This document shows, piece by piece, positions 25,301 through 33,430 of a stretch of DNA of 52,106 nt. How positions within the stretch are numbered: position 1 is the stretch's first letter; each line of letters opens with the position of its first letter. Source of the stretch: a virus. Lineage: Duplodnaviria; Caudoviricetes. Location: the IMG/VR virus record IMGVR_UViG_3300020042_009327, positions 1 to 52,106 of that record; one strand, written 5' to 3'. Made by a program: the position numbers and the translations under genes. Below the pieces are notes generated by a model that was given only the letters and a program-made list of their open reading frames with translations, had not been told where the DNA came from and ran no database searches.

Positions 25301-27524
25301 TTATACCATTTTGTAATGTAGATGTAGCTGTTGGACCAGCGCCTGAATAAACAACTTGCGATCCAGAAGTTTGATTTTTAGGATAACCATTTAGCATTCC
25401 TGGAAGATATACATTATAGTAATCTTGCTCTTGTTGTTTAACAACTATTTTATAAGAATACCATCCAATAGGATTGTATTTGTAAGAAAATTTAATATCT
25501 TTTACATCTCCTCCTTGATCAACATATAAGTATATATCATTAACTCTACCACTTGTTGTTACCGTATAAGAACCAGAATATGGAGCTATAGGCGTTGGTG
25601 ATACACTAATTACTTTTACATAATCCGTATAAAATCCTCTCATTATGTCTCCGGGAAGAGGTATAATATTAGCAGTTCCTCCTATAGCAGGCGGATCTAA
25701 TGTAAATGTATATGTTGTGTCTGTTATTGTTGATGTCGTAATTGCAAACCCTGAATCTGAAGTAGGTATTGCATACAAACCAGGTTGACCATTAGGTATA
25801 TATTTTTCTTGATCTATTGGACTACCTAAATATAATATTAAGGCATCTCCAAACCAAGAGCGTACGTCTTCAAATAAAATGGAATTTTCATAGCTTGAAT
25901 AAACAGTTGACCCTTTTGCGTATTCGCCACCACCTATGCTAAGACCAGTTAAATCACTTGAAGATAAAATAACCGGTGATTGTCTACCAAATTTATCAGC
26001 TATTACAAAACCTACTTGATAATTTCTATTCTTTTTTAATGTATGATTTGGATATTCTATAAAATTTGTTTTGTTTGTTGACTTTGGTTGTACGGATATA
26101 TTATAATTTATAGAGGATAACGAAGTATATTTATCGTAGTAATTACCATAAATTATTCTATTGCCAGCTGATTCTTGAGCTCTCGCTCTTACTGGAACCT
26201 TATCATAGACCCTTACTGTTTGATCTTCAGGTAATGTTTTATATGGTTTTTGTGATTGGTATGGTTGTATATAATAATTATTATTAGTATTTAATGCGGT
26301 ATTTATAGAGCTTATTGGTAATGTTTCAAAAACTTTTACAGCTGTAGAATCTGATTCTTTATATAAAATATCAATCTCTGCTATTTTATAACTATTAGTA
26401 AGATTGCCTATTTTGTCTGGAAAAGGAACTATTAACTCAATATTATTTACATTGTTTTCAAACCAGTTTATTACTGTACTTCTGTAAGCGTCTGTTTCAT
26501 TACCGGCTATGAAATAACCTTTCTGTTTAGGGATATATGCTATTTGTGTAAATGGAGCCATTAACGAATATTCGTTGTCATCATATTTAAAACGATAACT
26601 AAAACGAACATATTTGTCTTCTAAAAATGCGGGATCACCAGGCCATGTGGGCACGGATGATTTATCGGACATAGTTGAAATTAAAAAAGTTAGTTGTGCA
26701 CCACTTGCTACTGTTATAGGAAGATTTTCATAAAAAGTTATAGTTGTACCAGTAACATCAACAACAGTACAAAAATCTGAACCAGATATTCCGTCTGTTA
26801 TTAATGTCATTCCAGGAACTATAGAAATATTTTCTGTTTCAATTTCAATTACATTACCAACTGAATCCGCATCTGCAATAGCCGTTGCTTTTCTATATAA
26901 TAGTATTGGATCAATAGGAGCATATTTTGCTACAGATATTTGCGTTTCATTTGTGTAATAATTTATGCTTGTTAGAGCATTTGCAACATTTATTTTTCTA
27001 GGTTGATTTCTATTATCAGTCCAGAATAATAAACCCTCTACTAAATTAACTCCTGTTATTTTAAATTCTTTATTTTTTGCAAAATTTAAGAATGTACCTT
27101 CTACTAATGTAATATATGTTTCAGGTGAATCAAAATCATATACAGCAATTTTCATTTTCCATTCTGTTATACCACTTGGAAAAGGAGCGTCTTCTGGAAA
27201 AGTTATTAGATTTGGATTTGGGTCCGTATAGTTTGTTAAAAATTGAAACATACGGTTATTTTGATTATCCATAAACGTACCGATACACTCTAATCCTGGT
27301 ATATAATTAGGATTAGGTGTAGTAGTACCTGGTAAAAATTCGTTGTTATCAGTTAAAGTAAGTAAATTATTACCTAAAACATTCTTTAATGCTCCAATGT
27401 CATCTGTCTCAGATTTACCAACCGAAATGTTATTTGCATATCTATATTCCCCATTAGGGATAAGTCTATCGTCTAAGTCTTGGTTCATCTTAGACTTTAG
27501 GAAACTATTTTTTACTTCTGCCAT
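22344..27524 (-). CDS. Tail stabilization/nozzle protein, N-terminal part with Ig/cadherin-like extension
   Basis: KMNQDLDDRL.PNGEYR, LFWTDNRNQPRKIN, RFSYRFKY, GNRIIYGNY, DKFGRQS; later NNAPVIT cadherin-like segment. Confidence 0.7.
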   Translation of the reverse strand: MAEVKNSFLKSKMNQDLDDRLIPNGEYRYANNISVGKSETDDIGALKNVLGNNLLTLTDNNEFLPGTTTPNPNYIPGLECIGTFMDNQNNRMFQFLTNYTDPNPNLITFPEDAPFPSGITEWKMKIAVYDFDSPETYITLVEGTFLNFAKNKEFKITGVNLVEGLLFWTDNRNQPRKINVANALTSINYYTNETQISVAKYAPIDPILLYRKATAIADADSVGNVIEIETENISIVPGMTLITDGISGSDFCTVVDVTGTTITFYENLPITVASGAQLTFLISTMSDKSSVPTWPGDPAFLEDKYVRFSYRFKYDDNEYSLMAPFTQIAYIPKQKGYFIAGNETDAYRSTVINWFENNVNNIELIVPFPDKIGNLTNSYKIAEIDILYKESDSTAVKVFETLPISSINTALNTNNNYYIQPYQSQKPYKTLPEDQTVRVYDKVPVRARAQESAGNRIIYGNYYDKYTSLSSINYNISVQPKSTNKTNFIEYPNHTLKKNRNYQVGFVIADKFGRQSPVILSSSDLTGLSIGGGEYAKGSTVYSSYENSILFEDVRSWFGDALILYLGSPIDQEKYIPNGQPGLYAIPTSDSGFAITTSTITDTTYTFTLDPPAIGGTANIIPLPGDIMRGFYTDYVKVISVSPTPIAPYSGSYTVTTSGRVNDIYLYVDQGGDVKDIKFSYKYNPIGWYSYKIVVKQQEQDYYNVYLPGMLNGYPKNQTSGSQVVYSGAGPTATSTLQNGINTTQFPVSETGNTAHIVLINDNINKVPRDLSEVGPDQKQYRSSVQLYGRVENTNATLEIIGDDPDYSAKVTVINYTVGPGLNEDWVLIKPGDGIQCVEANAPVPNDPPLGGTKPSPYRWLGNTVVVSNEIVGTTGTITISSPNWILTGLANQPSGDPYVTFIITRAENVQYFPTRKADTVTSIASADEFNFLDSSEDNLSGTAGLNFYQLQTKPLIGRVSTVNEIGVIASDMIPFLSVYETRPEQSLLELFWETATTGLISDLNADVLTGFNGPVSFGGVNYTHFEWQNPNGNSDVKGEEDSKYITDEFYVLNQNGTIISNTTVTIDTIFDGSGVSRLGDFGIEATNDGTNNLYRLFITPTSTFVFNNNAAIKESYAFTFNVVDFSDPEQPISSTLTINGKLGNNAPVITTTEENYNITQNTTSFVTLEANNGAFYDLTPTPPLPVIPPFITGLKWTIDSGDPGSYFQIGEYSGLLELIDDQVPLGIYNLVIKVQDAVNTSTGEILPVEGTTFGTKSDTITLSVNVGDEPVPFWLRPEYESTLAINGQTTCGGGTDPYGMIYIGPNDSPTDAYMPTIPGSGGIYQFVENVEVKNATDFGEGPIIPTGLREGEYRVKIKLDVPAPELCNPTLGIATIRAEAEIYLYKRPYISGTPTAWTQANNENNFGNPAYKIGPLVVTTFDDGGTIVYGQEQALTTSFTIEAEPTLYEYAIGVKIINVLTNTQGTYPIARFYGEDANYSYTQTLPGLLIPLTNDYTYYTGVEEYVGNYPSGVPYETQDATLGLEYNSPVNGITSGTIGIGNSTTEVILTSTNNQIAPGLFYTFNSSSVSSFTGYIAAINVDGNPNKIALQLISPFAGTPGSLIGGNLNIETESGNDSIGALYANTIEGTEIKRFYTDTNFTQKWIPPVANRFYVFRTTKNYDPYATGKYTATPFYCAKFDADGEIIEQIVPTPNSQTAWVGQNSANSGPLPIANYSYNVYYEAP

Positions 27525-27530
27525 TTAATT

Positions 27531-28754
27531 TTAGTGTTTAATCCATTTTGATTTTCCTCTCATAACCTGTGTAAACTCCTCTAACTTAATATTAGATAAT
27601 CTAATCTTAGCATTTCTTAATTTAGCACTTCTTTCTCTTTTAAGACGCTGTACTAAATACTCAGGTTGATTGGATCTTGTAGATATTATTGAATGTAATA
27701 TGTGTGCATACATTGCTTCTTCTGCCATCTTAGGTATCTTACTATCTAATTCGTAAGCTAAACCGTCAGATATGTATTCAAATACAATTAACATACCAAC
27801 TAAATTACTTGAGAATGACACTTTGCCTTCTCTGTCATTTATTGTAAATGTGCCATTGTAATTTGCGTATTGGGGGTCCATTCCATATCGTCTACCGTAG
27901 TAACCATAATCATAACCATTGTTCCATCCATTACCAAAACCATCTACATTACCAACCCCATTAATATAGTTTAGTAATTTACCATTGTTCATTTTCTTCC
28001 ATCTCTCTTCAGTTATAGATGAACCTTCTAAATTGTCATCATAACTACTTTGTATTGGTTGACCTATATTATCTTGTAATGGTGTTTCCGATGGATCTAT
28101 TGTTAACGATGTAGGATAAATCGGATGTTTAATTCCTTGATTATCTATCCATGACATTTTAACATAGTTTACATAATCTTGAGGTAATATGATACTTAAG
28201 CTTGGGGGTATTGTAAGTTCTTGTGATTTTACACTTTTTAGTACATCGTAGCTAAATTCTTGTAATCCACGTTTTGCGTGAAATAATACATCAGTTCTTT
28301 TGACATCTGATATAAGCTTACCAGATCCAACGTAAGCAACAATAAAGTTATTTATAATATCATCTAAGGTAATATAAGAATAACCTCCGTAATTGTTCTC
28401 TACAGTATCGCCATAAGCGTCATAGTTTCCATAATTACCACCTTCAACTGATTTAAGTTGAACAACTACTACGTGACCATACGGAACAGCTGCATCAAAT
28501 GTTATTGTATTTTTTAATAATCTATACTCTAATAAATATTCTACAAAGTCAATACCGTTTGTACTTGTATATAATTTAAAATTATTTAAAGCATAACCGG
28601 CATCATCTTGATCCCAGCTACCTAAAAATAATTCAGTGTCAAAAGTGAATGTAAATTCCGTTTGTCCGCCTAAATCTTCTACTTGGAAACCTTGCGCTCC
28701 AGCATAATATTGTCTATTTGTTTCGGTAATTAAACCACCGTCTGGAAATGCCAT
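27531..28754 (-). CDS. Tail ring/head-tail connector protein
   Basis: HAKRGLQEFSYD and LPQDYVNYV motifs; position between capsid and nozzle genes. Confidence 0.6.
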   Translation of the reverse strand: MAFPDGGLITETNRQYYAGAQGFQVEDLGGQTEFTFTFDTELFLGSWDQDDAGYALNNFKLYTSTNGIDFVEYLLEYRLLKNTITFDAAVPYGHVVVVQLKSVEGGNYGNYDAYGDTVENNYGGYSYITLDDIINNFIVAYVGSGKLISDVKRTDVLFHAKRGLQEFSYDVLKSVKSQELTIPPSLSIILPQDYVNYVKMSWIDNQGIKHPIYPTSLTIDPSETPLQDNIGQPIQSSYDDNLEGSSITEERWKKMNNGKLLNYINGVGNVDGFGNGWNNGYDYGYYGRRYGMDPQYANYNGTFTINDREGKVSFSSNLVGMLIVFEYISDGLAYELDSKIPKMAEEAMYAHILHSIISTRSNQPEYLVQRLKRERSAKLRNAKIRLSNIKLEEFTQVMRGKSKWIKH

Positions 28755-28760
28755 ACTCTA

Positions 28761-29690
28761 TTATGATTTTGAATTTATGTTTTCGTTTTGAATTTGTTGT
28801 GCTGCAACTTGAATTATTTGCGGATCTTTAATAACAACACCTGAATATAACAATATCTTTGTTATAACATTTGTTTGTTCAGAAACCATTAATTCAAATT
28901 GTTGTGAAGTATTTGGATTATACGAGTATGTATAATAAGGAGCAGTAGCCGTAAAATTCCATATAACATCTTTTGGTTTTCTAACAAAAGAAGCTGTAAC
29001 TTTATCGTTTGTGGCTATTGTTTCTGGATATACGTATAATTTTTCCTCTTCGTATATATATAGTGGATATTTTTTAGTCGGTTTTGTTAAAGGTGATTTA
29101 TTTATATATAATAAATTATTTCTTTGCACTCGCTGCATTTCAATAGAATCATCATATATTACAGTGCCTAATCTGTAAAAGTCATTATCAGTAACCGTAA
29201 TAAGCACATCAAATGCTGTTGTAGGTATTGCTGTTAATATTATATTATTGTCTGCTATAGTATATGCTGATGGGTTTTGTAAAACTCCACCAAAATAAAC
29301 TTTTACTAAGCCGTTTTGTATTCTTGCTTGGGTTAATTGATTTCCAAGAATATATGTTGGTTGATTATTAACTGTTGTAAAGCTATAAGAATATACAGCC
29401 ATACCTGATGACGTCGGTAATTCCCATTCACTATTACCTACATAAGTACAATTACCTATAGTTTTAAATACAGCTAATTGCTCATCTAAATTTTTAATCC
29501 TATCAGCATATTCACTATCATTATCCGGTACTCTTAATTGTTGATTAAGATTATTAAAATAATCCTCGAATATTTCAAGTTGAACTTGAGTTGCTATTTT
29601 ATTAAACTCATCAGGAGTCATGTAACCACGTTGTTCCTTGTTAAGTATTAATAAAACGGTTTTGTAAACTGTATCTACGTTTATTGCCAT
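28761..29690 (-). CDS. Tail ring/head-tail adaptor protein
   Basis: LNKEQRGYMTPDEFN N-terminus and FELMVSEQ C-terminal region; synteny. Confidence 0.6.
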   Translation of the reverse strand: MAINVDTVYKTVLLILNKEQRGYMTPDEFNKIATQVQLEIFEDYFNNLNQQLRVPDNDSEYADRIKNLDEQLAVFKTIGNCTYVGNSEWELPTSSGMAVYSYSFTTVNNQPTYILGNQLTQARIQNGLVKVYFGGVLQNPSAYTIADNNIILTAIPTTAFDVLITVTDNDFYRLGTVIYDDSIEMQRVQRNNLLYINKSPLTKPTKKYPLYIYEEEKLYVYPETIATNDKVTASFVRKPKDVIWNFTATAPYYTYSYNPNTSQQFELMVSEQTNVITKILLYSGVVIKDPQIIQVAAQQIQNENINSKS

Positions 29691-29707
29691 TTTGCTTATT
29701 TTATTAT

Positions 29708-29748
29708 AATATATAAGCGGTAACCGTTAAGCCACCGCTCTATATATT
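29708..29748 (-). other. Leader RNA hairpin (stabilising element or weak terminator)
   Basis: - strand AGCGGTGGC-ttaacg-GTTACCGCT stem with G-U pairs, extendable by TATATA arms; no U tract. Confidence 0.55.
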
Positions 29749-29760
29749 AATATTACGTGT
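29745..29760 (-). promoter_or_regulatory. Putative phage-sigma promoter, copy 3 (ACACGTAATATTAATA)
   Basis: Core motif immediately after the upstream stop codon. Confidence 0.5.
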
Positions 29761-30644
29761 TAATCTATTTTTTTCTCTATAGACCTAAAAACTTCTATAC
29801 CTTCATCTGTTTTGAAGAATGCTGCCATAGCTGAGTATGGGTTTTCATCAAATGGTACAGTCATTAATTTTCTATTGTTCGATGCCCACATGAATGTGCG
29901 TTGATCTTGTGATAAAGTTACAATACCAGCTTCAACAGCTCTAATAGCTACATTTCTAAGCTGCACGTTTTCATCATTTGCTAAATCAATAAATAAATAT
30001 GGATTGCTTCTAGCAAATAACATTAAGTCTCTTTTAATTTCTTTAGAAGTCATTTTAGAAACTTTAGATCCAATCTCAACTCTTAATATTGCTTCAGCTT
30101 GATCAATATCCATTTCTCTTGCTGCATTCATTGCATCTAATTGTATATCCATATCATCTAAATCATCTCCAGCAGTAATAACAGGATCAAACTCTCTGTA
30201 CTTCTTATTTAAGTCTGGGTGATATAATGATAATAGTTTTTGTAAGTTTTGTTTTTCTTTTGGTACAAACAAAGTACCGTTTTTAAATATGATATGTCCC
30301 AAGGTTGATTCTCCTTTTTGATCTTCTACAAAAACAGAGTTTTGGTTCGTAGCATATCTTAATTCTTTTTGATCACCATTATCTTTGTCAAACCATAATA
30401 AAGGGAATCTACTTGTGTGTCTTGAAGAAATAGTATATGTTAAAGGAGAGTGTGGTCCCGCTAAAATATATGTTCTATCTTTAATTTCCCATTTTGGTAA
30501 CACTGTTTGCGGTTTTGTTTTCGCAACTGGTTGTTCATCTAATGTGTATGTTTCTTCAACACTTTGTTCAAATGTATTTTCTGGTTCAACGTATGTACTT
30601 GGTTGAATAGTTTTTGCTTTAGCAGCAGTTTTAGCTTGTGCCAT
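29760..30644 (-). CDS. Hypothetical protein downstream of the major capsid gene
   Basis: 294-aa ORF (ELRYATNQ motif); leader identical to that of the scaffold gene. Confidence 0.7.
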   Translation of the reverse strand: MAQAKTAAKAKTIQPSTYVEPENTFEQSVEETYTLDEQPVAKTKPQTVLPKWEIKDRTYILAGPHSPLTYTISSRHTSRFPLLWFDKDNGDQKELRYATNQNSVFVEDQKGESTLGHIIFKNGTLFVPKEKQNLQKLLSLYHPDLNKKYREFDPVITAGDDLDDMDIQLDAMNAAREMDIDQAEAILRVEIGSKVSKMTSKEIKRDLMLFARSNPYLFIDLANDENVQLRNVAIRAVEAGIVTLSQDQRTFMWASNNRKLMTVPFDENPYSAMAAFFKTDEGIEVFRSIEKKID

Positions 30645-30685
30645 GATAAAATATTATATAATTAATTATTGTTTATTAAAAGAGT

Positions 30686-30717
30686 AAAAATTACCCCCGT
30701 AGATTCAACGAGGGTAA
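30686..30717 (-). terminator. Intrinsic terminator after the major capsid gene
   Basis: - strand TTACCCTCGT-tgaatct-ACGGGGGTAA followed by TTTTT. Confidence 0.8.
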
Positions 30718-30736
30718 AATTTACAATTATTTATGC

Positions 30737-32221
30737 TTATGCTGAAGCAGTGAATAACACGAAGTTATTAGCACCTTGCACACATAAACATCTTTCAGAT
30801 AAGAAGTGTACCTCCATTGCATCTAAGTCAGATGTATAAGCACCTCCAACAGATCCAGTGATCCAAGATTTCATTCTACGGTCATCAGCTTGTGCAGCTC
30901 TATAACGAACGTGTAAGAATGGTCTACGGATGTTAGTTCCTAAAATTTGATCGTAAACTGTAGAAGTTCCAGCTGGAATTAATACACCTTCGATTGAACT
31001 ACCAACACCTGTCATTGCTCCACGAGTAGAAGCATCGTTTAAGTATTTCCAGTCAGTTTTGTAGAAGTCATAAGAACCTCTTCTGAATCCAGAGAAACCT
31101 AAGTTTAATGCCATCTCAGATGAGTTTTCGAATAAACCGTAAGCAACCCCACCTGCTGAACCAGCAGATAAACCAGCTAACATATCATCAAAATCTAAAG
31201 ATAATTGACGGTTTAAGAATAACATATTCTCTTCAATCGCTCCTTGAGTATCTAAGTTTTTCAAGATATTATCGAAAGAACCTAAACCACCAACTGGGCT
31301 AAAGTTATTTAAGATATTTCCTCTGTCTTCAACAGCAGCAAATAAACCTTGTGTACCTTTTTTACCAGCAGCTAACGCAGCAGATCCTGCAGCAGCTAAT
31401 TCACCCTCTACAACTGTCATTTCTAAATAGTCTTCAAAACGTAATCTTGTTTCAGATTCAGCTTTTAAGTACCAGTAGTAACCATCAGCTCCATCTTCAG
31501 TAGCAATTTCTACCCATCCGATTTGTGCAGTATCAGATCCATTAACAGCATATTTGTTACGGATAATTACTGGTGAGTTATTAAATTGAGTGAATGAAGG
31601 TTGAATACTAGTGTAATCATCACCTGTTAAAGTAGATCCTTTTTTGTATTCAGAACCATAAACGAAGATTTTTAAATCGTCCATTCCATCTGTAAATCCA
31701 GCAGCAGCTAAAGTAGCAGCAGTATAAGGAGCAACAGTTAATGCACCATTTGCAGCGTTAGAAGAAGTATCATTCGCTCCAGAAACAGTAACAATAGCTT
31801 TAACCTCTAATCCTGTTGCAGGGTTCATAATAACAATCGTTTGGTTTTTTGAAATAACGTTAGCTACATAATCAGTAGCAACAGTAGGATTCAAATTACT
31901 TTCGATTAATAAAGTATTACCAGCAGCACTTACTGTATTAACTCCAGTATATGCAACGTGTAATCTGTTTTGTTCAGACCAGATAACTTGGTCAGAAGAC
32001 ATTGGCATTTCAGCACCAACCATACGTAAGAAACCAGATAATGTTCTGTTTCCATAACGCTCTACCTCAGCTTCATAAACTTCTGGTAAATATTGTTGTG
32101 CAAATGATACGAAATCCGCGTTACTTGGATCCGTAAAGTTTAAATAGTTTGTGTCTAAAGCTTGTTGCTTTTGTGACGGCTTAATCGAACCGAAGTTCGG
32201 GGTAACATTTACTGTTGCCAT
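30737..32221 (-). CDS. Major capsid protein
   Basis: 494 aa after portal and scaffold, followed by a terminator; highly-expressed codon bias (GCT/GCA, TTC); QQYLPE, WSEQNRLH, GFRRGSYDF. Confidence 0.85.
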   Translation of the reverse strand: MATVNVTPNFGSIKPSQKQQALDTNYLNFTDPSNADFVSFAQQYLPEVYEAEVERYGNRTLSGFLRMVGAEMPMSSDQVIWSEQNRLHVAYTGVNTVSAAGNTLLIESNLNPTVATDYVANVISKNQTIVIMNPATGLEVKAIVTVSGANDTSSNAANGALTVAPYTAATLAAAGFTDGMDDLKIFVYGSEYKKGSTLTGDDYTSIQPSFTQFNNSPVIIRNKYAVNGSDTAQIGWVEIATEDGADGYYWYLKAESETRLRFEDYLEMTVVEGELAAAGSAALAAGKKGTQGLFAAVEDRGNILNNFSPVGGLGSFDNILKNLDTQGAIEENMLFLNRQLSLDFDDMLAGLSAGSAGGVAYGLFENSSEMALNLGFSGFRRGSYDFYKTDWKYLNDASTRGAMTGVGSSIEGVLIPAGTSTVYDQILGTNIRRPFLHVRYRAAQADDRRMKSWITGSVGGAYTSDLDAMEVHFLSERCLCVQGANNFVLFTASA

Positions 32222-32238
32222 AATGTGTTTGTTTTAGT

Positions 32239-33399
32239 TTAAAATTTACTCTTAATTCTTAATTTTGAAGAATCAACACCATTGATAGCTCTTACTTTAA
32301 ATCCATTCACATTAATTTCACCAGCAGATGTTTGTCTAGGTTCTGTTGAAATGTTGTTTGATTTAGCTAACATCTCTTTAATAGCGTCAGCTTTACCTTG
32401 TTCGTAAAAATGATTTGCAATACTGTCAGTGTTTTCAGCAGCATACATTGCTTTATGATAGCCAGTCATATCTGTTACTTCTCCTTTTTCATTTAAGAAC
32501 TTCTTAAGTAGGTTTGTAATATTTGATTGTTTATCAGCAATAGCGTCAGTATTTTGTAGATTAAACCTAAACGTCTTTCCACCAGCATTGAAATCAAAAC
32601 CTTTGAAATCTTGTGTAAAAAACTTTTTAGTATTATCTTTAAATACTGAGTGCATTTGCTCAACTGATTGTTGATCTTCTTTGTATCGATTGAAAAAATC
32701 AATTGCTTTTTGTTGATCCGGGTTTACATTAGACTTTAATTTAATTTCATCATAATATTTACTCTTAAGATCCTCTAGAAAGCTTTTGGCTTTACCAACC
32801 TCTTCTTTGAAAGCGATACGTTTCTTTTTAATTTCTCGCTCATCGTCCTCATCTTCATCATACGAGAATGTTTCTTCCATGTGAAAGTCAATCTCGTCTA
32901 AATCCAAATGTGGTTTTGTTTTCTTGTAATATTCTTTTAATAAAACTTCTGGATTCAATTTAGAATAATCCGTATTTAAACGAGTATAATCCTCAATGTC
33001 CCCTCCAGTTTCTTCCATAAAAGTAATTAACTTTTCAATATTCTCTGGTAATGGTTTACCTGATACTTTAAAATCATTAATTGCTTTATCAGCTTCCGCT
33101 TCAAGTTCTTTTGCTTCTTCAGTAGTTTCTGTAATATTAACTACAACTACTTCTTTCTCATCAACCGGTTCGGTAATGATTTTTTGTTCGGGGTTTCCTT
33201 CGACCACTTCTTGCAATCCCATTTCGGGTTGTCCTGGCTGTAACACGCCTTCATCTGTTGTTTGCTCTTGAACGGCATCTTCTACGGGTTTATTTGTTAA
33301 ATCTACTTTTGCAACAGACTGAGCTGATACATGTTTAATAGTAGGAACTTTAGCTTTTTTAATTTTAAAGTCTCCTTCTTGTTTAATTTGTTCTGCCAT
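32239..33399 (-). CDS. Putative scaffolding protein
   Basis: Acidic disordered N-terminus, helical core with HFYEQGKADA; located between portal and capsid. Confidence 0.65.
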   Translation of the reverse strand: MAEQIKQEGDFKIKKAKVPTIKHVSAQSVAKVDLTNKPVEDAVQEQTTDEGVLQPGQPEMGLQEVVEGNPEQKIITEPVDEKEVVVVNITETTEEAKELEAEADKAINDFKVSGKPLPENIEKLITFMEETGGDIEDYTRLNTDYSKLNPEVLLKEYYKKTKPHLDLDEIDFHMEETFSYDEDEDDEREIKKKRIAFKEEVGKAKSFLEDLKSKYYDEIKLKSNVNPDQQKAIDFFNRYKEDQQSVEQMHSVFKDNTKKFFTQDFKGFDFNAGGKTFRFNLQNTDAIADKQSNITNLLKKFLNEKGEVTDMTGYHKAMYAAENTDSIANHFYEQGKADAIKEMLAKSNNISTEPRQTSAGEINVNGFKVRAINGVDSSKLRIKSKF

Positions 33400-33430
33400 G
33401 ATAAAATATTATATAATTAGTTGTGTTGTT

